Source: Synechococcaceae cyanobacterium
Lineage (GTDB): Bacteria > Cyanobacteriota > Cyanobacteriia > PCC-6307 > Cyanobiaceae
Reading direction: 5' to 3'
Assembly: GCA_046340895.1 (NCBI GenBank)
Contig: JBKDSQ010000058.1
Coordinates: 25,095-89,094 of the forward strand
DNA: 64,000 bases
Shown: positions 9,478 to 20,186 of the stretch, one piece after another
Layout of the letters: every line of letters begins with the position of its first letter
How positions within the stretch are numbered: position 1 is the stretch's first letter
Translations under genes and position numbers: made by a program
The notes under the pieces: model-generated
Seen by the model: only the letters and a program-made list of their open reading frames with translations
Database searches by the model: none
What the model was told of the DNA's origin: nothing

Positions 9478-9786
9478 TCAGCCGTAGTAGAAGGCCACCT
9501 CCTTGGCGCTCAGCCCGCTCCAGCCGGCGGCCTGCAGGCGGGCATCGAGGGTCTGCTGATCGAGGTGCTTGGCACCGCTGCGCACGATGCGGTTCCGCAT
9601 CGATTTGGTGACGCCGCTGCGGGGACGGGCGTTCTCCAGGTCCATCACCTCCCGGTAGAGGGCGAGCATCGGCGGCGGGATCGGGCTGCCATCGAGGTCG
9701 AGGCCGATGGCGATGGCGTCGTCGATGGCATTGGGTCCGGAGAGGGCCATGGGGCAGCCGGGGGAGAAACCCTCCGAGCCTGCCAT
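9478..9786 (-). CDS. Small conserved hypothetical protein
   Basis: Tail of ORF 9478-10062, downstream of the metH stop. ATG candidates at 9786 (MAGSEG) and 9750 (MALSGP). Good coding bias. Function not recognised. Confidence 0.5.
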   Translation of the reverse strand: MAGSEGFSPGCPMALSGPNAIDDAIAIGLDLDGSPIPPPMLALYREVMDLENARPRSGVTKSMRNRIVRSGAKHLDQQTLDARLQAAGWSGLSAKEVAFYYG

Positions 9787-9799
9787 GGGAGCCCGGTGC

Positions 9800-12700
9800 T
9801 CAGGCGCTGAAATAGCGGGCCTGGCTGTGCAGCGCCACAAGGGCGGTGGTGCTCTGCTCCGGTTCGAGCTGGTCGCTTTCGTCCATCGACAGGCCGATGC
9901 GCTCGGCACCGAGCCAGTCGAGCTGGGGGCGCGAATCGGCCACGTTCGGGCAGGCGGGGTAGCCGAAGGAATAGCGGCTGCCGCGGTAGCGCTGGGCGAG
10001 CACGTCGCGCAGGGGCATGGCGGCCGGATCGGCGAAGCCCAGCTCAGCGCGGATGCGGGCATGCACCCATTCCGCCAGCGCCTCGGCCATCTGCACGCCC
10101 AGGCCGTGGAAGTAGAGGTAATCGCTGTACTGGTCGGCGCGGAACAGCTCCTGGGCGAAGGCGGTGGCCTTCTCGCCCATCGTGACCGCCTGCATCGGCA
10201 ACACGTCGGTGGGGCGGGGGCTGCCGCTGGGGTCGCTGCGCAGATCGCGGTAGAAGTCGGCGATGCAGTAACGGTTGCCGGAGCGCTGGCGGGGCAACTG
10301 GAAGCGGCCCAGCTCGACGCCGGCCAAGGCCGGATCCGCGCCGGCCGCCGCTGCCGCCAGGGGGGCGGGATCGAACACCACCACGGCGTTGCCGCTGCGG
10401 CCGCAGGGGAAGTAGCCGTAGGCCACCCGGGGGGTGAGCAGCCGCTCGGCCTGGCAACGCTCCAGCCAGTGCTGCAGCACCGGCTCGGCCTTCTCGGCCA
10501 GCATCGCCTCGTACTCGGGGCGGCTCTGCTGTTGGCTCTTGCGCAGCTGCCACTGGCCGGCGAACAGCGCGTTGCGGTCGAGGTAGGCGATCACCTCCGC
10601 CAGGTCGATCTCGTGCTCCAGCAGCACGCGCGATCCCCAGAAGGGGGGAACGAGCGCGGGCTCCTCGGGAACCGCGGTCGAGCGGCTCTCGTCCGGGGGC
10701 GCCGGGCTGGCGGGGGGAGGGCTGGCTTCGGAGGGCTCTGCTGCCTCGGCTGGCACGGCTGGCTCGGCAGCCTGTGGAGCCTCCGCGACGCCTTCGGCCA
10801 GGCCCAGGCCCGGCGGCGGGCCGTCGAGGAAGCCCTGGCCGTCGTCCCAGCGGCCGGCGGCCTTGGCGTCCATCAACGCATCCATGAAACGCAGGTCGGC
10901 GAAGGCATCGCGGCCGTAGATCACCTGGCCGTCGTACACGGAGCGGCAGTCGCCATGGACGAAGCGGGGCGTGAGCGCCGCGCCGCCGAGGATCACCGGC
11001 ACGCGGATGCCCTGCTGGTTGAAGGTTTCGAGGTTGTCCTTCATGAAGGCGGTGGATTTCACCAGCAGGCCGCTCATGGCGATGCAATCCGCGTTGTGCT
11101 CGCGCTGGGCCTCCACGATCTGCTCGACACTCTGCTTGATGCCGAGATTGATTACCTCATAGCCATTGTTGGTGAGGATGATGTCAACCAGGTTCTTGCC
11201 GATGTCGTGCACATCGCCTTTGACGGTGGCGATCAGGAATTTGCCCTTACTGCTCGACTGACCCTCGATTTTCTCCATGTGGGGTTCGAGATGGGCCACG
11301 GCCGCCTTCATCGTTTCGGCGCTCTGCAGCACGAAGGGCAGCTGCATCTGGCCGGATCCGAACAGCTCGCCCACCACCTTCATGCCATCGAGCAGGAAGG
11401 TGTTGATGATCTGCAGCGGTGGATGGTTCTGGAGAGCTTCATCGAGCGCCGCCTCGAGGCCAATGCGCTCACCATCGATGATGTGCTGGGTGAGGCGCTG
11501 CTCCACCGGCAGATCCGCCAGCGAGGGTCCGCTGGCGCGGGCCTCCTTGGCGGACACCCCCTCGAACATCGTGGTGAGGGAGGTGAGCGGATCGAAAACG
11601 CAGATGTCCCCCTCGAAGCGGCGCTGGTCGTAGATCAGCTGGCGGCAGATCTGCTGGTGCTCGTCGCTGATCTTGGCCAGCGGCAGGATCTTGGCCGGGC
11701 TGACGATCGCCGCATCCATGCCCGCCTGGCAGCACTCGTGCAGGAATACGGAATTGAGAACAATCCGCGCAGCCGGCGAGAGGCCGAAGCTCACGTTGCT
11801 CACCCCGAGCACCACATGAACACCCGGCAGCTGCTGGCGGATCAGGCGGATCGCCTCCACGGTGGCAGCTCCGTTGTTGCGATCTTCCTCGATGCCGGTG
11901 GAGATCGGCAGGGCGAGGGGGTCGTAGAAGATCTCGTGGGCGGGGATGCCGTATTCGAGGATGTCGCGGTAGGCGCGCTGGGCGATCGCGAACTTGCGCT
12001 CGGCCGTGCGGGCCATGCCCTCCTCATCGATCGTGCCCACCACAATGCCGGCCCCGTAGGCCTTGGCCAGCTCCAGCACCTTGAAGAAGCGCTCGTCGCC
12101 GTCTTCGTAGTTGGTGGAGTTGAGGATGCACTTGCCGCCGGCCACCTTGAGGCCAGCCTCCATCTTCTGCCACTCGGTGGAATCGAGCATCAGCGGCAGG
12201 TTCACATTCGTGACCAGCCGGCTGACGAGATTGCGCATGTCACTGACGCCATCGCGGCCCACATAGTCGACGTTGACATCGAGAACATGGGCGTTTTCCT
12301 TCACCTGGCTGCGGGCCACCGCCACCAGGCCATCCCAGTCTTCCTCGTTGAGCAGCTCGCGCACCTTTTTCGAGCCGCTGGCGTTGAGGCGCTCGCCGAT
12401 GATCAGGAAGGAGTTGTCCTGCTGATAGGGGGTGACGCCATAGATCGAGGCGGCCGCGGGTTCGTAGTCGAGGGCGGGGCGGACATCGGCCGCTTCCGGG
12501 CTCCGTTCGCTGGCCTGGGTGCGGGAGCCGCGCACCAGGCGCGGCGCAGGCCGCAGCTCGCGGGCGAGCTCGGTGAGGCTGGCGATGTGGGCGGGGGTGG
12601 TGCCGCAGCAGCCGCCGATCACCTGCACGCCGAGATCCTCGACGAAGTGCATCAGCTGCATCTTCATTTCGGTGGGCGTGAGCCGGTAGTGGGCGACGCC

Positions 12701-13549
12701 GCCCACGTTCTCCGGCAGGCCGGCGTTGGGAATGCAGCTGACCACGAAGGGGCTGTGCTGGCTGAGGTAGCGCACGTGCTCCTTCATCTGCTCCGGGCCG
12801 GTGGCGCAGTTGAGGCCGAGCACATCGATCGCGAAGGGCTCCAGGATCGCCACCACCGCCGCGATGTCGGAGCCGACGAGCATCGTGCCCGTGGTTTCCA
12901 TCGTGACCGACACCATCAGCGGCAGGCGGGTGCCGGTGGCGGCGAAGGCGGCCTCGATCCCCTGCAGCGCGGCCTTGATCTGCAGAACGTCTTGGCAGGT
13001 TTCGACGATGAACAGGTCGACATCGCCGGCGATCAGACCCTCGGCCTGCTCCCGGAACGAAGCGGCCATCGTGTCGAAATCGATGTGGCCGAGGGTGGGC
13101 AGCTTGGTGGTGGGGCCGATCGAGCCGGCCACGAAGCGGGGATGGTCGGGGGTGCTGTAGGCATCGGCCATCTCGCGCGCCAGCTCGGCGGCGCGGCGGT
13201 TGAGGGCGAAGGCCTGATCCTCGAGGCCGTACTCCGCCAGCACGACCGAAGTGGCGCCGAAGGTGTCGGTTTCGATCACATCGCACCCCACCTCCAGAAA
13301 CTGACGGTGCACCGCCTGCACCGCGTCCGCCCGGGTGACGACCCGGTTGTCGTTGCAGCCCGCCAGGGCCGGGCAGCCGAAATCGGCGGCGGTGAGGTTC
13401 ATCTGCTGCAGCGACGTGCCGGTGGCGCCATCGAAGACGAGCACCGGCCGCTGGGGGCTGTGCAACCGCTCCAGAAAACCGGCGCGGGTAGGGCGGGGCC
13501 GCCCGCTCTCAGCCGGCGTCGCCAGGGTCCCGGGGGCGGAGAGCGCCAT
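9800..13549 (-). CDS. metH: Cobalamin-dependent methionine synthase
   Basis: 1249 aa with all modules visible: Hcy S-methyltransferase (GGCCGTTP), pterin-binding, B12-binding (GDVHDIGKN) and the AdoMet activation domain. Its ATG shares one base with the ilvE stop. Confidence 0.97.
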   Translation of the reverse strand: MALSAPGTLATPAESGRPRPTRAGFLERLHSPQRPVLVFDGATGTSLQQMNLTAADFGCPALAGCNDNRVVTRADAVQAVHRQFLEVGCDVIETDTFGATSVVLAEYGLEDQAFALNRRAAELAREMADAYSTPDHPRFVAGSIGPTTKLPTLGHIDFDTMAASFREQAEGLIAGDVDLFIVETCQDVLQIKAALQGIEAAFAATGTRLPLMVSVTMETTGTMLVGSDIAAVVAILEPFAIDVLGLNCATGPEQMKEHVRYLSQHSPFVVSCIPNAGLPENVGGVAHYRLTPTEMKMQLMHFVEDLGVQVIGGCCGTTPAHIASLTELARELRPAPRLVRGSRTQASERSPEAADVRPALDYEPAAASIYGVTPYQQDNSFLIIGERLNASGSKKVRELLNEEDWDGLVAVARSQVKENAHVLDVNVDYVGRDGVSDMRNLVSRLVTNVNLPLMLDSTEWQKMEAGLKVAGGKCILNSTNYEDGDERFFKVLELAKAYGAGIVVGTIDEEGMARTAERKFAIAQRAYRDILEYGIPAHEIFYDPLALPISTGIEEDRNNGAATVEAIRLIRQQLPGVHVVLGVSNVSFGLSPAARIVLNSVFLHECCQAGMDAAIVSPAKILPLAKISDEHQQICRQLIYDQRRFEGDICVFDPLTSLTTMFEGVSAKEARASGPSLADLPVEQRLTQHIIDGERIGLEAALDEALQNHPPLQIINTFLLDGMKVVGELFGSGQMQLPFVLQSAETMKAAVAHLEPHMEKIEGQSSSKGKFLIATVKGDVHDIGKNLVDIILTNNGYEVINLGIKQSVEQIVEAQREHNADCIAMSGLLVKSTAFMKDNLETFNQQGIRVPVILGGAALTPRFVHGDCRSVYDGQVIYGRDAFADLRFMDALMDAKAAGRWDDGQGFLDGPPPGLGLAEGVAEAPQAAEPAVPAEAAEPSEASPPPASPAPPDESRSTAVPEEPALVPPFWGSRVLLEHEIDLAEVIAYLDRNALFAGQWQLRKSQQQSRPEYEAMLAEKAEPVLQHWLERCQAERLLTPRVAYGYFPCGRSGNAVVVFDPAPLAAAAAGADPALAGVELGRFQLPRQRSGNRYCIADFYRDLRSDPSGSPRPTDVLPMQAVTMGEKATAFAQELFRADQYSDYLYFHGLGVQMAEALAEWVHARIRAELGFADPAAMPLRDVLAQRYRGSRYSFGYPACPNVADSRPQLDWLGAERIGLSMDESDQLEPEQSTTALVALHSQARYFSA

Positions 13550-14466
13550 CAGTCGTCGATGCGGATGCGGGTGATCCAGTGTTCATACTCGGGATCCGCC
13601 CCTTCCGTGATCGATGTGAGGCGGTCGCGCAGCCGCTCCATGATCGGGCGGGGGCCGCTGAGATCGGTGGTTTCGATGCGGCGGATCGGTGTCACCCGCG
13701 CGGCGGTGCCGGTGAGAAACACCTCATCGGCAATGAACAGCTCGGTCTTGTCGACCGCGCGCTCCAGCACGGGGATGCCCATGTCGCGGGCCAGCTCGAG
13801 CACGCTGGCGCGGGTGATGCCTTCGAGGATGTCCTGGTCGACACCGGGGGTGATCAGCGCGCCGTCGCGCACCAGGAACAGGTTCATGCCGCTCGCCTCG
13901 CTCACCTTGCCGCGGCTGTTGAGCAGCAGGGCCTCATCAAAGCCGCTGCGCACCGCCTCCGTCTTGGCCAGGGAGCTGGTGATGTAGGCGCCGCTGATCT
14001 TGCCGCGCAGGGGAAGGGAGCGATCTTCCTGGCGGGTCCAGCTGCTGATGCGGCAGCTCACGCCTTCCGGGGAAAGGTAGTCGCCCAGTTCGATGCCGTA
14101 GATCAGGAAATCGCAGTGAATGTCGTGCAAACGCGGTGCGATGCCCAGGTCGGAGGTGTAGACGAAGGGCCGCATGTAAAACGGCGTAGTGGGACGATTC
14201 GCCTTCAGAAAGGCCCTCAGGGCGTTGTGGATCGTCTCCTCCGGCAGGTCCTGCAGCAGCAGCCGGGCGCTCTGGCTCAGGCGGCGGGCGTGGCGATCGG
14301 CCCGGAACAGCAGCACCTCCCCCGGATCGGCGGGATTGGGAATACCGCGCATGCCGCCGAAGGCCCCGGTGCCGTAGTGCAGAGCGTGGGTGGCCACCGA
14401 GAGGTTCGCCTCCGCGAAGGGCACGCACTCGCCGCCGAACCAGGCATAGGGGAGGAACTGGTGCAT
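13549..14466 (-). CDS. ilvE: Branched-chain amino acid aminotransferase
   Basis: ATG at 14464-14466 ([13 protein letters not shown]). Class IV aminotransferase blocks ([25 protein letters not shown]). Confidence 0.93.
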   Translation of the reverse strand: MHQFLPYAWFGGECVPFAEANLSVATHALHYGTGAFGGMRGIPNPADPGEVLLFRADRHARRLSQSARLLLQDLPEETIHNALRAFLKANRPTTPFYMRPFVYTSDLGIAPRLHDIHCDFLIYGIELGDYLSPEGVSCRISSWTRQEDRSLPLRGKISGAYITSSLAKTEAVRSGFDEALLLNSRGKVSEASGMNLFLVRDGALITPGVDQDILEGITRASVLELARDMGIPVLERAVDKTELFIADEVFLTGTAARVTPIRRIETTDLSGPRPIMERLRDRLTSITEGADPEYEHWITRIRIDD

Positions 14467-14519
14467 GGGGGGCGGAGAGGATCGCCCGATCTTCTCATCG
14501 CGGGCAGCAGGATGGGGGG

Positions 14520-17500
14520 ATGCACAGGCTTGCGGCGGTACCCGGCGACAGCGCGTTTCCCGCGGGTCCGCTTCCATATGTGGAGCAGCCGCCGGCGGAG
14601 GTGGTGCTGCTCAGCAGCGCCGACACCGACCTGCGGGCGATCGCGGCACTGCTGCGGCGCGAACCGGCTCGGCTGGGCGGCACGCTGCGGGCCCTGAACC
14701 TGGCGGCCCTCGGCGATCCGGCCGTGATCGACCACTACGTGGCCAGCACCCTCGAGCCCCCGCCGACCCGGATGGTGGTGGTGCGGCTGCTGGGGGGCCG
14801 CGGGCACTGGAGCTACGGCCTGGAGCGGCTGCGGGCCTGGGTGGCGCGGCCGGTGGCGGCGGGTCCCGCGCGGCAGCTGCTGTTGCTGGCGGGCACCGCC
14901 GAGGAGGAGGAGGCGCTGGCGGCCCTGGGCACGGTGCCGCCGGAGCTGGCCCTGGCCCTGGCCCGCGGGCTGCGGGAAGGGGGACCCCGCAACCTCGGCG
15001 CGTTCCTGGATGCCCTGGAGGCGCTGCGGAGCGGGGCGATGCCCGCGCCGCCGGCGGTGCAGCCCCTGGCCGATCCCCAGCCCCACGACTGGCGGCAGGA
15101 GGGCGGCCCGCGGGTGGGCCTGATCCTGTATCGCTCGCTTCTGCAGGCGGGGGACCTGGCCTTCGCCGAGGCGACGCTGGCGGCCCTGCGCGCGGCCGGC
15201 CTGGCGCCGCGGCTGCTGTGGGTCAGCGGCCTGCGCGAGGAGGCCGTGCAGCGCGGCGTCGCCGACCTGCTCGGCCGCGAGGGGGTGGAGGTGGTGCTGA
15301 CCGCCACCGGCTTCGCCTCGGTGCGGTTCGAGGAGGCGGGGCTGGGGGCACCGCTGTGGGAGCGGCTGGGGGTACCGGTGCTGCAGCTGCTCAGCAGCGG
15401 CCGGCCGCGGACGGCCTGGCAGGCCAGTCCGATCGGGCTGGGGCCGCTGGACCTGAGCCTGCAGGTGGCCCTGCCGGAGCTCGATGGCCGGCTGACCACG
15501 CGCGTGGGGGCGTTCAAGGAGGTGCGCGAGCGCAGCGATTCGCTGGCCACGGCGCTGCAGGAGCTGCGGCCCGATCCGGAGCGGCTGGCCTGGGTGGCGC
15601 AGCTGGCGGCGGCCTGGGCACGGCTGCGCACCACCGCCGCCGCCGAGCGCCGCGTGGCGCTGGTGCTGGCCAATTACCCCACGCGCAACAGCCGGCTGGC
15701 CAATGGGGTGGGGCTGGATACCCCCGCCAGCGCGGCGGCGATGCTGGGCTGGCTGGCGGGGGATGGCCACGATCTGGGCGATGCGCCACCGCCGGCGGAC
15801 GGCGAGGCGCTGATGGCGGCGCTCCTGGCGGGCCGCAGCAACGACCCCGAGAGCGGCCACCGCCCGGCGCTGACCCACCTGCCGCTGGCCACCTACCAGC
15901 GCTGGTACGAAGAGCTGCCCGCGGCGGGGCGGCAGCGGCTGGAGGCGGTGTGGGGTGCGCCGGAGCGCGATGGGGGGCTGGAGCGCGGCGGCTTCCCGAT
16001 TCGGGGGCTGCGCTTCGGCCAGGTGGTGGTGCTGGTGCAACCGGAGCGTGGCTACGACCGCGATCCCTCCCTCAGCTACCACAGCCCCGACCTGCCCCCC
16101 ACCCACGCCTACCTGGCCCAGTACCTGTGGCTGCGGGAGAGCTTCGGCGCGCACGTGGTGGTGCATGTGGGCAAGCACGGCAATCTCGAATGGCTGCCCG
16201 GCAAGGGGGTGGGCCTGGGGCCCGATTGCTTCCCGGAGTGGGCCCTGGGGCCGATGCCCCACCTGTATCCCTTCATCGTCAACGACCCGGGCGAGGGCAG
16301 CCAGGCCAAGCGCCGCGCCCAGGCCGTGATCCTCGACCACCTGACCCCACCGCTGGGTCGCGCCGGCCTGCATGGGGATCTGCTGGCGCTGGAGTCGCTG
16401 CTGGAGGAGTACTGGGAGGCGCGGTCGCTGGGGGGAGAGCGCGCGGAGGGGCTGCGGCGGGAGCTGGAGCGCCGGCTGGCGAGCCTGGAGCTGCCCCTGC
16501 CGCCGGGGGCGAGCGAGGGGGAGGCGCCGGGGGAGGCGCGGCTGGAGGCGGCCGACGGCTACCTGTGCGAGCTGAAGGAGGCCCAGATCCGGCTGGGGCT
16601 GCACACCTACGGCCAACTGCCGGAGCCGGAGAAGCGGGCGGAGCTGCTGCTGTGCCTGGCCCGGGCGCCGCTGCCGCGCCAGCCGGGGCTGGTGCAGGCC
16701 CTGGCGGCCGACCTGGGGCTGGCCCTCGATCCCTGGGCCGATCCGGAGGAGGAGCCCCTGGCGGAGGACGACCTGATCCGCCTGTTGCCGCTGGGACTGC
16801 CGAGCGCCGGCCGCCACCGGGGCGACGCGGTGGCGCTGCTGGAGCGGCGGGCGCTGGCGCTGGTGCGCGCCGAGCTGGGCCTGCCGCCCCGGCCGGAGGA
16901 CGGTCCGGCCTGGCCCTGCGGCGCCGCCACGGAGCAGGCCCTGGGCCATCTGCGCCAGCGGTTGCTGCCGCCGCTGCTGGCCTGCGGAGCGGCGGAGCAG
17001 CGCGCCTTCCTCGACGGCGTGGCGGGCCGTCGCATCGCCGCCGGGCCGTCGGGTGCGCCGACCCGCGGCCGGCCCGACCTGCTGCCGACGGGCCGCAACT
17101 TCTACAGCGTCGATCTGCGCGGCCTGCCGACGGAGGCCGCCTGGGACCTGGGCCGCCGCAGCGCCGAGCTGCTGCTGGAGCTGCACCGCCAGGAGGAGGG
17201 GGAGGATCTGCGCCGGCTGGCGTTGTCGGTGTGGGGCACGGCCACGATGCGCAACGGCGGCGAAGACATCGCCCAGGCCCTGGCGCTGATGGGGGTGCGG
17301 CCGGTGTGGGACGGCCCGACGCGGCGCATGGTGGACCTGGAGGTGATCCCCCTTTCGGCCCTGGGACGGCCGCGGGTGGATGTGACGCTGCGCATCTCCG
17401 GCCTGTTCCGCGACGCCTTCCCGCAGCTGGTGGCCTGGATGGACCGGGCCACGCGCCGCGTCGCCGCCCTCGAGGAACCGGAGGATCGCAATCCGCTGGC

Positions 17501-18281
17501 GGCGGCCGCGCGGCGCGAGGGCGACTGCGCCCGCATCTACGGCTCAGCGCCGGGGGCCTATGGCGCCGGCCTGCAGGGGCTGATCGACAGCGGCCAGTGG
17601 CAGGAGCGCGGCGACCTGGGCGAGGCGTTCCTGGCCTGGAGCAGCTGGCGCTACGGCGGCGACCCCGGCCGCGACGGCGACGCCATCGATGGGGAGACGA
17701 TCGCGGTGCAGGCCGACCGGGCGGGGCTGGAGCAGCGGCTGCGGCGGGTGCAGGTGGTGCTGCACAACCAGGACAACCGCGAGCACGACCTGCTCGATTC
17801 CGACGACTACTACCAGTTCCAGGGGGGCCTGAGCGCGGCGGCCGAGGCGCTGAGCGGCCAGCGGCCGCGGCTGTGGTTCGCCGACCATTCCCGCGCCGGC
17901 CGGCCGCGCCTGCACCGGCTGGAGAAGGAGTTCGACAAGGTGCTGCGCTCCCGCCTGCTCAACCCTCGCTGGATCGGGGCGATGGCGGAGCACGGCTACA
18001 AGGGCGGCTTCGAGATGGCCGCCAGCCTCGATTACCTGTTCGCCTACGACGCCAGCACCGGCCGGGTGCCGGACTGGAGCTACGGCGCCCTGTGCGACCG
18101 GTGGCTGAACGATGGTCAGGTGCTGGCGTTCCTGCGCCGCAGCAACCCCTGGGCGCTGCGGGACATGGCCGAGCGGCTGCTGGAGGCCAACAGCCGCGGG
18201 TTGTGGGAGGGGGCGAGCGCCGAGCAGCTGGAGCGGCTGCGGCAGCTGCTGCTCAGCAGTGAGGCGCTCACCGAGGGTTGA
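14520..18281 (+). CDS. cobN: Cobaltochelatase subunit CobN
   Basis: 1253 aa with CobN/Mg-chelatase H-like blocks throughout (HVGKHGNLEWLPGK, FIVNDPGEGSQAKRR, LHNQDNREHDLLDSDDYYQFQGG). Confidence 0.95.
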   Translation: MHRLAAVPGDSAFPAGPLPYVEQPPAEVVLLSSADTDLRAIAALLRREPARLGGTLRALNLAALGDPAVIDHYVASTLEPPPTRMVVVRLLGGRGHWSYGLERLRAWVARPVAAGPARQLLLLAGTAEEEEALAALGTVPPELALALARGLREGGPRNLGAFLDALEALRSGAMPAPPAVQPLADPQPHDWRQEGGPRVGLILYRSLLQAGDLAFAEATLAALRAAGLAPRLLWVSGLREEAVQRGVADLLGREGVEVVLTATGFASVRFEEAGLGAPLWERLGVPVLQLLSSGRPRTAWQASPIGLGPLDLSLQVALPELDGRLTTRVGAFKEVRERSDSLATALQELRPDPERLAWVAQLAAAWARLRTTAAAERRVALVLANYPTRNSRLANGVGLDTPASAAAMLGWLAGDGHDLGDAPPPADGEALMAALLAGRSNDPESGHRPALTHLPLATYQRWYEELPAAGRQRLEAVWGAPERDGGLERGGFPIRGLRFGQVVVLVQPERGYDRDPSLSYHSPDLPPTHAYLAQYLWLRESFGAHVVVHVGKHGNLEWLPGKGVGLGPDCFPEWALGPMPHLYPFIVNDPGEGSQAKRRAQAVILDHLTPPLGRAGLHGDLLALESLLEEYWEARSLGGERAEGLRRELERRLASLELPLPPGASEGEAPGEARLEAADGYLCELKEAQIRLGLHTYGQLPEPEKRAELLLCLARAPLPRQPGLVQALAADLGLALDPWADPEEEPLAEDDLIRLLPLGLPSAGRHRGDAVALLERRALALVRAELGLPPRPEDGPAWPCGAATEQALGHLRQRLLPPLLACGAAEQRAFLDGVAGRRIAAGPSGAPTRGRPDLLPTGRNFYSVDLRGLPTEAAWDLGRRSAELLLELHRQEEGEDLRRLALSVWGTATMRNGGEDIAQALALMGVRPVWDGPTRRMVDLEVIPLSALGRPRVDVTLRISGLFRDAFPQLVAWMDRATRRVAALEEPEDRNPLAAAARREGDCARIYGSAPGAYGAGLQGLIDSGQWQERGDLGEAFLAWSSWRYGGDPGRDGDAIDGETIAVQADRAGLEQRLRRVQVVLHNQDNREHDLLDSDDYYQFQGGLSAAAEALSGQRPRLWFADHSRAGRPRLHRLEKEFDKVLRSRLLNPRWIGAMAEHGYKGGFEMAASLDYLFAYDASTGRVPDWSYGALCDRWLNDGQVLAFLRRSNPWALRDMAERLLEANSRGLWEGASAEQLERLRQLLLSSEALTEG

Positions 18282-18307
18282 GGCCCGGCCGGTGGGCCGG
18301 AGCGACC

Positions 18308-18850
18308 TCAGAGGTTGAGGTCTTTCGCCATCGACTTGAACGGATCGATCGCGCCGGGCTTGGCCGCCGCCGGCGCCGTCTGGCTGGGCTGGGCCGTTTC
18401 CTCCTTCGGCTTGCGCAGGGCCGCCGGGGTGACGCCAGGGGCGTTGACCGCCACCGCCGAGCCCCGCTTGCGCTGATCCAGCTCCGCCTGGGTCATGGTC
18501 TGGGCGAAGGTTTTCTTCACCGGCTTGGGCACGCCATCGGTGAGCTTCACCTCCTGCTCCTCCGGGTTGATGCCGGCCAGGCCGGGGCTCATCTTCTCGA
18601 GGCGGGCCTCCATCGAGGCCACCTCCGCCACCATCTCCTTCTGGCCGGGGCTGTCGCTGGTGCCGGGGAAGGAGCGGCGGATCGTATTCGAGCGCCGCAT
18701 GAACTGAACGTCGCCGAGGCTCTTGGCGGAGTCGGCGTCAAGGAAGAAGGTGTCGTCCTTCTTGGTGGGGTTGGCTTCGGCGGCACTGCCGGCGACCTTG
18801 GGCCCGGAGGCGGCGCCGCCGTTGCCGCGGAAGCGATCGAACAGACCCAT
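18308..18850 (-). CDS. Hypothetical low-complexity protein
   Basis: ATG at 18848-18850 (MGLFDRFRGNGG). 180 aa, Lys/Ala/Pro-rich, with coding-like GC3 bias. No family recognised. Confidence 0.55.
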   Translation of the reverse strand: MGLFDRFRGNGGAASGPKVAGSAAEANPTKKDDTFFLDADSAKSLGDVQFMRRSNTIRRSFPGTSDSPGQKEMVAEVASMEARLEKMSPGLAGINPEEQEVKLTDGVPKPVKKTFAQTMTQAELDQRKRGSAVAVNAPGVTPAALRKPKEETAQPSQTAPAAAKPGAIDPFKSMAKDLNL

Positions 18851-18879
18851 CGCAGATGTTCGGTGAGGGTCTGCAAACC

Positions 18880-19608
18880 CTAGCGGCCATGGAGGGCGAG
18901 GCCATGGGTATCGGTGCCGCAACTCAGCAAAAGGCCACGGCGGCGCAGGTCGGCGGCGATCGCGTCGCACACCAGCGGCGTGGGCTGCCAGACGGGGCCC
19001 ATGGCGTAGTCGTACCAGGCCTCGGCGCCATCGAAGCCGAGATCGGCCGCAGCGGCGAGCAGGCGGCTGTGGGGCAGGCGGTAGCGGGCGGGATGGGCGA
19101 GCAGGGCGAGGCCGCCGGCGGCCTGGATCGCGGCGAGCACCGCCTCGGCCCGCAGCGCCGGGCCTACCACGGCCGTGCCCTCGAGATAGGGCAGCAGGGA
19201 GGGGTGGTGCTCGGCGAACCCGAGCGCCAACACGTGCACCAGACAGCCCTCCAGCAGGCAGCTGATCTCCACGCCCCGCCAGAGCTGGGGGGCGGGCCGG
19301 CCCGCGTCCGCGGCGGCGGCGAAGTGGTCGGCCGCCGCCGCATGGGCGGTGTGGGCGTGGTGGTCGGTGATCGCCAGGTGTTCGAGCCCCAGGGCCAGGG
19401 CCTGCTCGGCGAGCGCCTCGGGGGCGAGGCTGCCGTCGCTGCAGAGGGTGTGGCAGTGGAAGTTGAGCCGGCCGGGGCAGTGGGCCGGATCGGGATCGGC
19501 CAGCACCGCCGCCAGCGGATGGGCCCAGGCTTCAGGACGCAGCGCCACTGCCGCCGCCTCCCGCCGCCAGGGCCGCCGCCTCACCACGCAGCCGGCGCCA
19601 GCGGGCAT
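18880..19608 (-). CDS. PHP-domain metal-dependent phosphoesterase
   Basis: FHCHTLCSDGS, AITDHH and GTDTHG motifs are typical of the PHP (TrpH/YciV-like) family. Start uncertain, because the longest ORF overlaps the hemJ 3' end. Confidence 0.8.
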   Translation of the reverse strand: MPAGAGCVVRRRPWRREAAAVALRPEAWAHPLAAVLADPDPAHCPGRLNFHCHTLCSDGSLAPEALAEQALALGLEHLAITDHHAHTAHAAAADHFAAAADAGRPAPQLWRGVEISCLLEGCLVHVLALGFAEHHPSLLPYLEGTAVVGPALRAEAVLAAIQAAGGLALLAHPARYRLPHSRLLAAAADLGFDGAEAWYDYAMGPVWQPTPLVCDAIAADLRRRGLLLSCGTDTHGLALHGR

Positions 19609-20149
19609 AGAACTGGATCGAGGCGGCCATCGCCACCACCAACGCCACCAGGAACCAGGTGGCGGCGCCGGTGGGGAACTGGTCTTTGAACACCACCAGC
19701 ATCACCACGATCACCAGCAACAGGGTGGGCAGCTCGTTGAGGGCGCGCAGCTGGCGGCCGCTCCAGGTGCAGTCGCCGCGCTGCAGGCGGCCCATCAGCC
19801 GGTAGCAGAAGGCGTGGTAGGCGAGCAGGGCGACCACGAAGCCGAGCTTGGCGTGCATCCAGCCCTGCTGCAGCCAGCCGGGGTTCACGCTCAGCAGGCC
19901 GATGGCGCAGGCCACGGCCACCACCATGCCGGGGGTGGTGATGATGTTGGCCAGGCGTTTCTCCATCAGACCGTACTGCTGCTGGAAGGCGGAACGCAGC
20001 GGCGGGTCGAGGTCTTCGGCCTCGCGGTGGTAGATGAACAGCCGCACGAGATAGAAGAGGCCGGCGAACCACACCACCACGCCCACGATGTGGAGGGTCT
20101 TGAACCAGAGGTAGGCCTCGGGCGGCCAGACGAAGGCGAGGGGCGGCAT
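19532..20149 (-). CDS. hemJ: Protoporphyrinogen IX oxidase, HemJ type
   Basis: Polytopic membrane protein. The YLWFKTLHIVGVVVWFAGLFYL... and WMHAKLGFV blocks match the HemJ (slr1790-like) family. ATG at 20147-20149. Confidence 0.85.
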   Translation of the reverse strand: MPPLAFVWPPEAYLWFKTLHIVGVVVWFAGLFYLVRLFIYHREAEDLDPPLRSAFQQQYGLMEKRLANIITTPGMVVAVACAIGLLSVNPGWLQQGWMHAKLGFVVALLAYHAFCYRLMGRLQRGDCTWSGRQLRALNELPTLLLVIVVMLVVFKDQFPTGAATWFLVALVVAMAASIQFYARWRRLRGEAAALAAGGGGSGAAS

Positions 20150-20186
20150 GGGCAACGGAGGGCCGGTGGCGGCGGGTGCGCTCAGG

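Noticed and set aside
9707-13987. 1426-aa plus-strand ORF
   Set aside because: It is antisense to metH and ilvE, both of which have unmistakable motifs. The translation is low-complexity Gly/Ala/Arg.
14467-14519. Cobalamin riboswitch expected near cobN or metH
   Set aside because: The ilvE-cobN divergent spacer is only 53 nt, and metH is translationally coupled to ilvE. There is no room for a riboswitch of about 200 nt, and no B12-box-like sequence was seen.
14277-18262. 969-aa minus-strand ORF and 1265-aa plus-strand ORF over cobN
   Set aside because: These are the alternative frame and the antisense of cobN. They are Arg/Pro/Gly/Ala-rich with no domains, whereas the cobN frame has conserved chelatase blocks.
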